A stretch of 64,000 nucleotides of DNA from Deinococcus sp. (GTDB lineage: Bacteria > Deinococcota > Deinococci > Deinococcales > Deinococcaceae): the NCBI GenBank assembly GCA_965261005.1, contig OZ253375.1, forward strand, positions 608,001-672,000. The letters run 5' to 3'. The position numbers were made by a program, and so were the translations under genes. Of the stretch, positions 45,411 through 55,500 are shown piece by piece (position 1 is the first letter of the stretch; every line of letters begins with the position of its first letter). The notes beneath the pieces are model-generated. The model was not told the DNA's origin. It saw only the letters and a list, made by a program, of their open reading frames with translations, and did no database searches.

Positions 45411-47582
45411 TCAGACTTCGTGCAAGCTCGCGTGCACCACGCGCAGCTCGTCGTAGCCGTAGCGGTCGTCCAGCGCCTCGCGCAGCGGCTTCAGCTTGCC
45501 CCTCAGGTCATTCGGCAGCATGTGGTAGGCGCCCTCGATGCGGCCCAGGTCGGCGTCCGTCAGGCCGGTCGCCTCCTGGGCGGTCAGCTCGCCGGCCCGC
45601 ACCAAGTCGGCCAGGTGGCCGCTGACGGTGGTGGTCTTCAGGCTGCGCCGCGCGGCGATCTCGGGCACGGAGAGGCCCGCACGCAGCAGGTCGAGGGTGG
45701 CCGTGGCGGTGTCCTCTTTGGAGGCTGTGGGGTGTGGGATGTGGGGCGTGGGGCGCGGCCCCTCCGGGGCGTGACCTGCCAAAACCTTCAAAAAGCGCTC
45801 GCCGTAGCGGGCCAGCTTCCCTTGGCCCACGCCGCTGACGTTGCCCAGCGCCCCCAAGGTTTGCGGGCGCCCCTCGGCCATCGCCTTGAGGGTGGCGTCG
45901 TGGAAGATCACGTAGGGCGGCACGCCCTGCTCGCGCGCCAGCTCCAAGCGCAGGGCGCGCAGCTCGCCGAAGAGGCCCTCGTCCTGCGGGGCGAGCGGCG
46001 CGGCGCTGGGGCGGCGGCTTTGTCTGCCACTTCCCTGACCCGGGCGGTCCTCGTCTTGGCGCAGCTGGAGGGTTTCCTCGCCCTTTAAGAGGGGCCGCGC
46101 CCTGGGCGTCACCATCAGCGAGCCGTGGCCCGCCGGGTCGGTCTCCAGGTAACCCAGCGCCACCAATTGCCGCGTCACCGAGCGCCAACGCTTGTCGGAA
46201 AGGTCCGTTCCCACGCCGAAGACGCTCAATTGGTCGTGGCCCAGGGCGCTGATCCGCCCGCCCGCCTTGCCGAGCAACACCTCGATCAGGTGGCCGGCCC
46301 CGAAGCGGTTGCCGGTGCGCACCGCCGCCGACAGCAGCTTTTGGGCGGCCACGGTGGCGTCCCAGGTCTGGGCCGGGCTGAGGCAGGTGTCGCAGTTGCC
46401 GCAGGGCTGAGAATACTCTTCGCCGAAATAGCGCAGCAAGGCTTGGCGCCGGCAACCCGCCGTCTCAGCGTAGGCCAGCAGGGCGTCGAGCTTCTGGCCC
46501 TCCACGCGCCGCACCGCCTCTGGGGCGGCGCTGCCCGCCAGCATGCGCCTCATGGCGACCACGTCGGACAGGCCGTAGGTCATCAAGGCGGTGGCGGGCA
46601 AACCGTCGCGCCCGGCGCGGCCGGTCTCTTGGTAGTAGCCCTCCAAGCTCTTGGGCAGGTCGAGATGCGCCACGAAGCGCACGCCCGGCTTGTCGATGCC
46701 CATGCCAAAGGCGACCGTGGCGGCCATCACCACGCCCTCCTCGCGCAGAAATCGTTCCTGGTGGCGGGCACGCATCTCCTGGGACAGCCCGGCGTGATAG
46801 GGCAAGGCCTCCACCCCCTGCGCCGAGAGCCACGCCGCCGCCGCCTCCACCGACTTGCGCGACAGGCAGTACACGATGCCCGCGTCGCCGGGATGTTCGG
46901 CCCGGATGAAGTCGAGCAGTTGCCGCAGCGCGTTCTCCTTTTGCACCACCCGGTACTGGATGTTGGGCCGGTCGAAACTGGAGATGAACTGCTCGGCGCC
47001 CTCTAAGTGCAGCTTCTCGACCATCTCGCGGCGGGTCGCGTCGTCGGCGGTGGCGGTCAGGGCGATTCTGGGAACAAAGGGGTAGCGCTCCGCCAGCACG
47101 GCCAACTGCAAATACTCGGGCCGGAAGTCGTGGCCCCATTGGGAGACGCAGTGCGCCTCGTCGATGGCGAACAGGGCCAGCTTGGCGCGGCCCAGCAACC
47201 CCAGAAAGCGCTCGGTCATCAGCCGCTCGGGCGCCACGTACAGCAGATCGAGGTCGCCGCGCAACAGTTGCCCCTCCACCTCGCCGGCCTCCTGGGCGCC
47301 CAAGCTGGAGTTGAGGTAGGCGGCCCGCACCCCGAGCTGCCGCAGGGCGTCCACCTGGTCCTTCATCAGGGCGATCAGCGGTGAGACCACAATCGCCACA
47401 CCGCCGCGCAGCAGGGCCGGCACCTGATAGCACAAGCTCTTGCCGCCGCCGGTGGGCATCAGCACCAGGGCGTCGCCGCCGGTCGCCACCCGCCGCACAA
47501 TCTGCTCCTGCTGGCCGCGAAAGGCGTCGTAGCCGAAGACGGTCTTCAGGACGGACAGGGCGCTGGGGGCGGTTTGGGTCAC
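45411..47582 (-). CDS. recQ: ATP-dependent DNA helicase RecQ
   Basis: MPTGGGKSLCYQ, DEAHCVSQWGHDFRP, QETGRAGRDG, Zn-binding Cys cluster, RQC, one HRDC (PPYVIFHDATL) and a C-terminal HTH-like domain. Confidence 0.96.
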   Translation of the reverse strand: MTQTAPSALSVLKTVFGYDAFRGQQEQIVRRVATGGDALVLMPTGGGKSLCYQVPALLRGGVAIVVSPLIALMKDQVDALRQLGVRAAYLNSSLGAQEAGEVEGQLLRGDLDLLYVAPERLMTERFLGLLGRAKLALFAIDEAHCVSQWGHDFRPEYLQLAVLAERYPFVPRIALTATADDATRREMVEKLHLEGAEQFISSFDRPNIQYRVVQKENALRQLLDFIRAEHPGDAGIVYCLSRKSVEAAAAWLSAQGVEALPYHAGLSQEMRARHQERFLREEGVVMAATVAFGMGIDKPGVRFVAHLDLPKSLEGYYQETGRAGRDGLPATALMTYGLSDVVAMRRMLAGSAAPEAVRRVEGQKLDALLAYAETAGCRRQALLRYFGEEYSQPCGNCDTCLSPAQTWDATVAAQKLLSAAVRTGNRFGAGHLIEVLLGKAGGRISALGHDQLSVFGVGTDLSDKRWRSVTRQLVALGYLETDPAGHGSLMVTPRARPLLKGEETLQLRQDEDRPGQGSGRQSRRPSAAPLAPQDEGLFGELRALRLELAREQGVPPYVIFHDATLKAMAEGRPQTLGALGNVSGVGQGKLARYGERFLKVLAGHAPEGPRPTPHIPHPTASKEDTATATLDLLRAGLSVPEIAARRSLKTTTVSGHLADLVRAGELTAQEATGLTDADLGRIEGAYHMLPNDLRGKLKPLREALDDRYGYDELRVVHASLHEV

Positions 47583-47597
47583 CGGCTCAGTCTGCCA

Positions 47598-47614
47598 TTT
47601 TGCCCAGAACAGAA
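47598..47614. promoter_or_regulatory. RDRM-like (DdrO-binding) site upstream of recQ
   Basis: 17-bp TTCTGTT-CTG-GGCAAAA (minus strand) fits the recalled TTMYGYY-N3-RRCRKAA palindrome with one mismatch, 16-32 nt upstream of the start codon. Confidence 0.7.
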
Positions 47615-47635
47615 CAAGCGAGCTTGCGGTTCAGC

Positions 47636-48778
47636 TCACCCCAGCGCCCGCCAAGCCGCGCTCACGCCCGCGCCGCGCTCAAAAGACGCGCCCAGACTGC
47701 CCAGGGCGTCCTCCAACAGGCCCGCCGCCGCCAGGGCGTCGTAGCGGTCGAAGTAGCCCATCAGGGAGACCCGGAAGAGGGCGTCCGCGTGCGGCGCCTG
47801 CCCGGCGGCGGCTTGGGCGCCCAGGGCGCGCAGGGCGGCGGCGACGGCCTTGCCGCCGAGGCCGCTTGGCGGCGCCAGGGCCGCGACCGAGGGGCTGGGG
47901 CGCGCCGCGAAGGGGTGGCAGCCCAGCGCCGCGCCGGCCGCCAGCAGGGCATTGTTCAGCCGCTTCTTTTCGGCCCACAGCGTTTCCAGCGGCACGCTCA
48001 AGAGGCGCCCCATGCTGACGTTCAGGGCGGCGATCAGGTTGAGGGCGGGCGTTTGGGCCGTCTCGCCCGCGCGCTGACTCTTGAGTTCCTTGGCGAGGTC
48101 GAAGTAGTAGCGGCGCGGGTTTCCGCCGAGGCGCCCGGCCGCCCCCGGCGACAGGAAGACGAAGCCCAGCCCCGGCGGCCCGGCCACCCCCTTTTGTGAG
48201 CCGGAGATCACCGCGTCCAGCCCCCACGCGTCCGGGCGCAGCTCGGCGACGGCGTAGCTGGTCACGGCGTCCACCAGGATCAGCACCTCGGGGTTCACCG
48301 CCTTCGCGGCGAGCGCGATGCCCGCCAGATCGTGTAGCGTCCCCGTGCTGGTCTCGGAGTGGGTGATCAGCAGGGCCGCTTGGCCCCGGCAGGCGGCGGC
48401 CACCTCCTGCGGACCCAGCGCCTCACCCCAAGGACGCGTCAGCCGCGTCACGTTGTAGCCGAGCGCCCCGGCCATGTCCCCCCAACGCTCGCCGAACTTG
48501 CCCGCGCTGGCGGCCAGCAGCGGGGCGCCTTCCGGCACCAGCCCCAACAGCGCGGCCTCGAAGGCGCCGGTGCCGCTGGAGGTCGTGATGACTGTTTCCC
48601 AGCTTGGCGCCCCCAACAGGGCGCCCAGACGCTCGCGCGCTGCCAGCACCACCGCACGCGCCTCGGGGGTGCGGTGGTGCAGCTGCGGCGCGGCCAGGGC
48701 CAGCATGGTCCTCGGGTCGGTCTCGACCGGGCCGGGGGCCAAGAGGCGCGGGCGGTTGAGCGGGGTGAAGTCGGCCAT
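47636..48778 (-). CDS. Class V aminotransferase (serine-pyruvate/alanine-glyoxylate type)
   Basis: LAPGP, HSETSTG, VDAVTS and SGSQKG..GPPG motifs. Confidence 0.9.
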   Translation of the reverse strand: MADFTPLNRPRLLAPGPVETDPRTMLALAAPQLHHRTPEARAVVLAARERLGALLGAPSWETVITTSSGTGAFEAALLGLVPEGAPLLAASAGKFGERWGDMAGALGYNVTRLTRPWGEALGPQEVAAACRGQAALLITHSETSTGTLHDLAGIALAAKAVNPEVLILVDAVTSYAVAELRPDAWGLDAVISGSQKGVAGPPGLGFVFLSPGAAGRLGGNPRRYYFDLAKELKSQRAGETAQTPALNLIAALNVSMGRLLSVPLETLWAEKKRLNNALLAAGAALGCHPFAARPSPSVAALAPPSGLGGKAVAAALRALGAQAAAGQAPHADALFRVSLMGYFDRYDALAAAGLLEDALGSLGASFERGAGVSAAWRALG

Positions 48779-48809
48779 GCGTTATGGTAGCCGCCGCGCC
48801 GCCCGTGGG

Positions 48810-49084
48810 CTAGCGCTGCCCGTACACCGTGGTATAGCGGTCGTAGAGCCGGTCGATGTCTTCCTGGGCGAGGGGCCGCACGTCGCCGAGCTGATGGGCC
48901 AAAAACACCGTGCGGGCCACGTCCTCGCACATCACGGCGGCCTTGAGGGCGGCCCTTGGGCTGGCGCCGATGGGGGCGAAGCCGCCGCAGGGAACCGGAC
49001 CGCCGAACTCGTCGGCCATCGCGGTCAGGACGCAGGGAATCTCGCGGCCGACGGCCGCCCAAGCGGTCGCGTAGGTGCTGTGAA
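48810..49084 (-). pseudogene. Fragment of L-ribulose-5-phosphate 4-epimerase (AraD-like class II aldolase)
   Basis: HSTYATAWAA..REIPCVLTAMADEFGG and AVMCEDVART...LYDRYTTVYGQ; N-terminus and the NHG-containing middle segment are missing. Confidence 0.75.
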
Positions 49085-49173
49085 CGCGATTTGACGGCCC
49101 TTCACCCAACCTTTAAAATCGGGGCGTTTCATACGTCCGTCGTGCAAGTTTGGCAAGTCTTTCAGGAGGAACG

Positions 49174-51036
49174 GTGACGCACTCGACCCACCCCGACCCA
49201 CTTTTGGAGCGCGCCCAGTGGCGCTCCCTTGACGGCCCCTGGGCCTTCGCCTACGACGACGTCGCGCAGTGGACCCATCCGCACGACGTCAGCTTTGACC
49301 GCCAGATTATGGTGCCCTACCCGCCCGAAAGCGCGGCCAGCGGCATTCACGACGAGAGCTTTCACCCGGTCGTGTGGTACGCCCGCACGGTGGAGCTGAC
49401 AGAGGAGGAGCGCCCGGTGCGCGGCGAGCGGCGGCTGCTGCTGCACTTTGGCGCCGTGGACTACCGCGCCGAGGTGTGGGTGAACGGCGTGCGCGTCGCG
49501 GGGCACGAGGGCGGGCACACGCCCTTTGTCGCCGACGTGACGGGGGCGGTGCAGGGCGCGACCACGCTGGAGATCGCCCTGCGCGCCGAGGACGACCCGC
49601 AGGACTTCGCCCAGCCGCGCGGCAAGCAGGATTGGCGCCGCGAGCCGCACGAGATTTGGTATCCGCGCACCAGCGGCATTTGGCAGACGGTCTGGCTGGA
49701 GGTCGTGCCTGAGACGCGGGTCGGCCGCCTGACCTGGACGCCCCACTTGGAGCAGTGGGAGATCGGACTGGACGTGAAGCTCGCGGGCGCGCACCGCCCC
49801 GGCCTCGCGCTGCGCGTGGAGCTGCGTGAAGGCGGCGAGCTGCTCGCCAGCGACCGCTACGCCATCACCGGCAACGAGGTGGCGCGCCGCGTCGCCCTGC
49901 CCGACCCCGGCATTGATGACCACCGCAACGAGCTGCTGTGGAGTCCGAACCACCCGACCCTGATCGGCGCGACGGTCGAGCTGCTCGACGGCGAGCGCGT
50001 GCTCGACAAGGTGAGCAGCTACACCGCCCTGCGCTCGGTGGGGCACGACGGCCGGCGCTTTCTGCTGAACGGGCACAGCTTCTATCCCAAAATGGTCCTC
50101 GACCAAGGCTACTGGCCGGACTCGCTGCTGGCCGCGACCGACGAGCAGCTGCGGCGCGACGTCGAGCTGACCAAGCGGCTCGGCTTCAACGGCGCGCGCA
50201 AGCACCAAAAGATCGAAAGTCCCCGCTGGCTGTATTGGTGCGACGTGCTGGGCCTGCTGGTGTGGGAGGAGATGCCCTCCACCTACCGCTTTACCGGGGA
50301 CTCGGTGGGGCGCTTGACGCGGGAATGGACCGAGGCCATCGAGCGCGACCGCTCGCACCCCTGCATCGTGGCGTGGGTCCCCTTCAACGAGTCGTGGGGC
50401 GTGCCCGACTTGCCGAGCAACCCGGCGCACCGCGACCTCGTGCGCGCCCTCTACCACCTCACCAAAACGCTCGACCCGACCCGGCTGGTCATCGGCAACG
50501 ACGGTTGGGAGCACGTCGCCACCGACATTCTCGGTATTCACGACTACACCCACAAGCCAGAAAAACTGCTGGAGCGCTACGGCAACGAGGACGCCACCGC
50601 CCGCACCCTGAGCCGCCCGTGGGGCCGCACCCTGGTCTTGGCGGGAGAGCGAGACGCCGGGTTGCCGGTGATGCTCACCGAGTTCGGCGGCGTCGCCTTC
50701 GCGCCGGACGAGGCGCGCGGCTGGGGCTACCAGCGCAGCGCGGACAGTGGCGAATTTCTGGCGAGCTATCAAGCGCTCCTGGGCGCCGTTCACGAGTGTG
50801 AGGGCCTGTCCGGCCTTTGCTACACCCAGCTGACCGACACCTTTCAGGAAAAGAACGGCCTGCTGTACGAGGACCGCACGCCCAAGGCCGACCTCGCGGC
50901 CCTCGCGCAGGCCACGAGCGGCGAGCGCTACAGCTGGGAAGTGGACCGCGACCCCAACCCCGACCCCCTCGGCTACGCCAAACGCTGGCGCGAAAGGCAA
51001 CGGGAGCGCGAAGGGCGCCGAGAAGAGTTGGCCTGA
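49174..51036 (+). CDS. Glycoside hydrolase family 2
   Basis: [50 protein letters not shown] and TEFGG motifs; SD AGGAGG before GTG. Confidence 0.9.
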   Translation: MTHSTHPDPLLERAQWRSLDGPWAFAYDDVAQWTHPHDVSFDRQIMVPYPPESAASGIHDESFHPVVWYARTVELTEEERPVRGERRLLLHFGAVDYRAEVWVNGVRVAGHEGGHTPFVADVTGAVQGATTLEIALRAEDDPQDFAQPRGKQDWRREPHEIWYPRTSGIWQTVWLEVVPETRVGRLTWTPHLEQWEIGLDVKLAGAHRPGLALRVELREGGELLASDRYAITGNEVARRVALPDPGIDDHRNELLWSPNHPTLIGATVELLDGERVLDKVSSYTALRSVGHDGRRFLLNGHSFYPKMVLDQGYWPDSLLAATDEQLRRDVELTKRLGFNGARKHQKIESPRWLYWCDVLGLLVWEEMPSTYRFTGDSVGRLTREWTEAIERDRSHPCIVAWVPFNESWGVPDLPSNPAHRDLVRALYHLTKTLDPTRLVIGNDGWEHVATDILGIHDYTHKPEKLLERYGNEDATARTLSRPWGRTLVLAGERDAGLPVMLTEFGGVAFAPDEARGWGYQRSADSGEFLASYQALLGAVHECEGLSGLCYTQLTDTFQEKNGLLYEDRTPKADLAALAQATSGERYSWEVDRDPNPDPLGYAKRWRERQREREGRREELA

Positions 51037-51185
51037 GCGGAGACCTTCTCCCCCGCTTTCCCGTGACCGGCTCACCGCCTTTGCACCAAGAGATTTTTGT
51101 TCGGGCGGCCGTGACCCGATACCGAATCCAGCGATTCACAGCAGCTCACCGCTCCAGCCGCACAACGTGCCGAGCGCAGCGAAAA

Positions 51186-51230
51186 GCCCCCCTGCCCCCA
51201 AAGGGGGCAGGGGGGTTGGGGGGTGGGGGC
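51186..51230. repeat. GC-rich REP-like palindromic element
   Basis: CCCCCCTGCCCCC-AAA-GGGGGCAGGGGGG followed by TTGGGGGGTGGGG; between convergent genes. Confidence 0.6.
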
Positions 51231-51250
51231 CACCCGGAAGCCCGACCCGC

Positions 51251-51991
51251 TCAACCCTCAGCCAAAAACTCCCCCGTCCGGCTATACAGCTCACGCACCG
51301 CCTCCAGGCTGTCGAAGGTGTGGTTGGCGCCGGCAATTGGCACCAGCTCGGCGCCCAGGGCGTCCGCGTACTGCTGGCCCACGGCCAGGGGCACGGCGGC
51401 GTCCTCGGCGCCGTGAAAGACCCGCGCCGGTCCCCGGTAGCGAAGGGCGGTGCCCAGCGGGTCGAGGCCCGGCAGCTCCTCCACGAAGGGGCGCCCCAGC
51501 GGCCAGCCGTTCACATCTATCACCTCCGACAGCACGCGGGCGTCCGGCATGTTCTGGAGCCACAGCTCGGGCAGGGCGGGCGCCCACAGGGTGAGCTTGG
51601 CGGGCGCGAGGTCGGCGGCGCTCAGGGCCGCGACCATGCCGCCCATCGAGAAGCCCAGCAGGCTGACGCTCCCCGGGTCAATGCCGTCCTGCGCGCGCAG
51701 CCAGGCGAAGGCGGCGTGGACGTCCTCGATTTCGCGCGAGACGGTCATCTCCGAGAAGTCCCCCTGCGAAGCTCCGCTGCCGCGAAAGTCGAAGCGCAAG
51801 CTGGCGACGCCCAGGGTCATCAGGTGCCGCGACAGCAGCGGCAGCAGCCGGTGGTCGCCCGCCGTGTTGCCGGTGTAGCCGTGCAGGAGGACGACGCTGG
51901 GAAAGCCGCTCGGCGGCCGTTTGGTGTCCGGCAAATGCAGCATCCCGTACACGTCCTGGCCACCGACGCTGAAGCGGGCGAAAGTTTCCAT
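51251..51991 (-). CDS. Alpha/beta hydrolase
   Basis: LHGYTG, RFDFRGSG, GFSMGG (GxSxG), HGAED and ANHTF motifs. Confidence 0.9.
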   Translation of the reverse strand: METFARFSVGGQDVYGMLHLPDTKRPPSGFPSVVLLHGYTGNTAGDHRLLPLLSRHLMTLGVASLRFDFRGSGASQGDFSEMTVSREIEDVHAAFAWLRAQDGIDPGSVSLLGFSMGGMVAALSAADLAPAKLTLWAPALPELWLQNMPDARVLSEVIDVNGWPLGRPFVEELPGLDPLGTALRYRGPARVFHGAEDAAVPLAVGQQYADALGAELVPIAGANHTFDSLEAVRELYSRTGEFLAEG

Positions 51992-52095
51992 GCGAGAAGT
52001 CTAAGGCGTCAGCCGATGCCTGTTCCGCGAATTTGAAGCCCGCCACGCTCGCAGTGTCGAGGGTACATGAAGCTGTGCGCGGATCGGTGGTGGTG

Positions 52096-52111
52096 AGACA
52101 GCTTTCTGTCT
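52096..52111. promoter_or_regulatory. Palindrome upstream of the antitoxin (putative autoregulatory operator)
   Basis: AGACAG-CTTT-CTGTCT just upstream of the TAAGCT -10 box. Confidence 0.5.
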
Positions 52112-52138
52112 TTTCTGGACCTGCTGCTAAGCTCAGAC

Positions 52139-52390
52139 ATGCAAACCACCTTGCGCCTGAATGACGAACTTTACCGCCGTGCCAAAGCGGAGGCGGCCCG
52201 GCGAGGTATCACCTTGACGCGGCTGATCGAGGAAGGGATTCGGCTGCGGCTGGCCCGGTCTTTCACGTCGCCAGAAGACATCAAGCTGCACACCTACAGT
52301 TCCGGGGTGCCATTCGACCTGACGCCCGAGGACATTAAACGGCTCAGTCAGGAAACGGATGTTCCGCCTCCACAGGACTTGCAGCCTTGA
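52139..52390 (+). CDS. vapB: VapB-like antitoxin (ribbon-helix-helix)
   Basis: MQTTLRLNDELYRRAKAEAARRGITLTRLIEEGI; overlaps the toxin start. Confidence 0.82.
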   Translation: MQTTLRLNDELYRRAKAEAARRGITLTRLIEEGIRLRLARSFTSPEDIKLHTYSSGVPFDLTPEDIKRLSQETDVPPPQDLQP

Positions 52391-52815
52391 GTTTTCTGCT
52401 GGACACCAATACCCTGATTTACGCGTTCCAGGCAGACGCCCCAACGCACGCCGTGACCCTCCGCTGGCTGAAACGCACCTTGGCGGCGGGTGAGCTGGTG
52501 TACACCTGCGAGCTGAACGAGGTGGCTCTTGTGCGCATCACGTCTTTTCCCCGCCTTGGTCCCCGGGCCGCCCCTCCTGAACAGGCTTTCCAGTTTCTGA
52601 GCGATCTGCACGCCCTGTCCAACGTGGGACACGCAGAATTGGGCGTCGCGGGACTCGCGCTTTGGCGGCGCCTGACCGTGGACCTGAACTTGCACGGCAA
52701 CGACATCAACGACACCTACCTTGCCGCCCTCGCCCTGACCCACGACCTTACGCTGGTGACGGCCGACCGGGGCTTCACGCGCTTTTCAGGGCTACGGGTC
52801 TTGACGCCGGGGTGA
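52387..52815 (+). CDS. vapC: VapC-family PIN toxin
   Basis: FLLDTNTLIYA, INDTYLAALA and LVTADRGF motifs. Confidence 0.88.
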   Translation: MSFLLDTNTLIYAFQADAPTHAVTLRWLKRTLAAGELVYTCELNEVALVRITSFPRLGPRAAPPEQAFQFLSDLHALSNVGHAELGVAGLALWRRLTVDLNLHGNDINDTYLAALALTHDLTLVTADRGFTRFSGLRVLTPG

Positions 52816-52874
52816 GCCACATCCGCAATGGGCAGGGCCGCGCGAACGCCCCCAAGTCCACGCCGGTGAGGACT

Positions 52875-54164
<1,290 letters not shown>

Positions 54165-54174
54165 CATCTTCTCC

Positions 54175-54205
54175 AAAAAAGCGCCCCCGACCTCGGCCGG
54201 GGGCG
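54175..54205 (-). terminator. Attenuator terminator upstream of aspS
   Basis: CGCCCCCGGC-CGAG-GTCGGGGGCG followed by CTTTTTT, just before the aspS SD. Confidence 0.85.
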
Positions 54206-54232
54206 TGCTGTCGCAAAACGAACCAGCCGCCC

Positions 54233-54268
54233 CTAAGGGCGGTTATCGTCGTTGGCGAGCGGGCGCAT
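54233..54268 (-). CDS. Putative aspS leader peptide MRPLANDDNRP
   Basis: ATG CGC CCG CTC GCC AAC GAC GAT AAC CGC CCT TAG; TACACT -10 box at 54276-54281, 7 nt upstream; overlaps mutually exclusive hairpins. Confidence 0.8.
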   Translation of the reverse strand: MRPLANDDNRP

Positions 54269-54310
54269 CTCGGGAAGTGTAACACGGGCGCCGCACGCTA
54301 TAAACAGCAC

Positions 54311-55369
54311 ATGGAAGACGAACGGCAACTGGCCGAGATGCTGGCGCGCGAGGCGGGGCAACTGCTGCTCAGTTACGCGCGGCAAGGGGTGACGCCCGAA
54401 CTGTTGGGCCTGGAGGAAAAGACGCCCGGCGACCCCGTGACCGCCGCCGACCGCGAGGCGGGTGAGCTGATCGTGGCGGGCCTCGCGCGGGCCTTTCCAG
54501 GGGACGGCATCCTCAGCGAGGAGGCGGTAGACAATCCCGAGCGCCTGACGCGGGGACGGGTCTGGATCGTGGACCCGATTGACGGCACCAAGGAGTTCGT
54601 GAAGGGCAGCGGCGACTACGCCGTGTCCATCGGCCTGGCGGTGGGCGGCGAGCCGGTGCTGGGCGTGGTGCTGGCCCCGGCGCGCGGCGACCTCTACCTG
54701 GGCGTGGTGGGCGAGGGGGTCTGGAAGAACGGCGAGCCGGTCGGCTTTTCAGACAGGTCCCTGGAGCAAGCCGTCATCGCGGTGTCCGACACCGAGCACG
54801 CCCGCGAGCTGTCGGCCTACCCCGTCGCGGGCCTGGCGCCCAGCGGTTCGATCGCCTACAAGCTGGCCCGAATCGCGGCGGGCGAGGCGGACGCCACCTT
54901 CACCATCAACCCCAGAAGCGAGTGGGACGTCGCGGCGGGCCACGCCCTGCTGCGCGCGGCGGGGGGCGATTTGACGACGCGAGATGGCGGGGCGATTCAT
55001 TACAACCAGCCGGACCTGGCGGGGCGGCGCGGTTTGATCGGCGGGCGACCGGACGTGGTGGCTTGGCTGGCGGCGGAGCTGGAGCGGGTGGGGATGCCCG
55101 AGCAGCAGCTCTTTTTGAATGAGGGGGACGAGGTGTGGTCGTTTCTAGCCGATCAGGACCGAGCCGAGTTGGCCGGACACCCCGACCTGCACGTTCGCCA
55201 CGCGGGGGGGCAGATTGAGGCCCTGATCGCGCTCGAACGGGGGGCCGGCGGCTGGCGGGTCGTCCGCGCCGAGGGGCGTGACTTCGCGCTGCGGACCCTG
55301 CGTCAAGACTTGCAGCGTACCTACGGGCCGCTGCCGGGGGTGCCTGATCGCGGCACTCCGTTCCATTGA
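54311..55369 (+). CDS. Inositol monophosphatase/CysQ-like phosphatase with a C-terminal extension
   Basis: PVTAAD, LSEE, WIVDPIDGTKEF, GSIAYK and EWDVAAG motifs. Confidence 0.88.
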   Translation: MEDERQLAEMLAREAGQLLLSYARQGVTPELLGLEEKTPGDPVTAADREAGELIVAGLARAFPGDGILSEEAVDNPERLTRGRVWIVDPIDGTKEFVKGSGDYAVSIGLAVGGEPVLGVVLAPARGDLYLGVVGEGVWKNGEPVGFSDRSLEQAVIAVSDTEHARELSAYPVAGLAPSGSIAYKLARIAAGEADATFTINPRSEWDVAAGHALLRAAGGDLTTRDGGAIHYNQPDLAGRRGLIGGRPDVVAWLAAELERVGMPEQQLFLNEGDEVWSFLADQDRAELAGHPDLHVRHAGGQIEALIALERGAGGWRVVRAEGRDFALRTLRQDLQRTYGPLPGVPDRGTPFH

Positions 55370-55475
55370 TGGACGAAGAACGCGTTCATCAACTTCACTC
55401 CGGCCGCTCTCTTTGTCGGTACTCACTCCGTTTGGGTCAGGGCGGCTGAGGTGCAGTTCCTTAGCCGCCCTGACC
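55355..55475. repeat. Degenerate SNR-like repeat with a long hairpin
   Basis: TACTCACTCCGTTTGGG core similar to 31329 and 36048; 17-bp stem at 55435-55475; second hairpin at 55366-55392. Confidence 0.5.
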
Positions 55476-55500
55476 ACCGAGGTAGGCTACACTCGGACGC

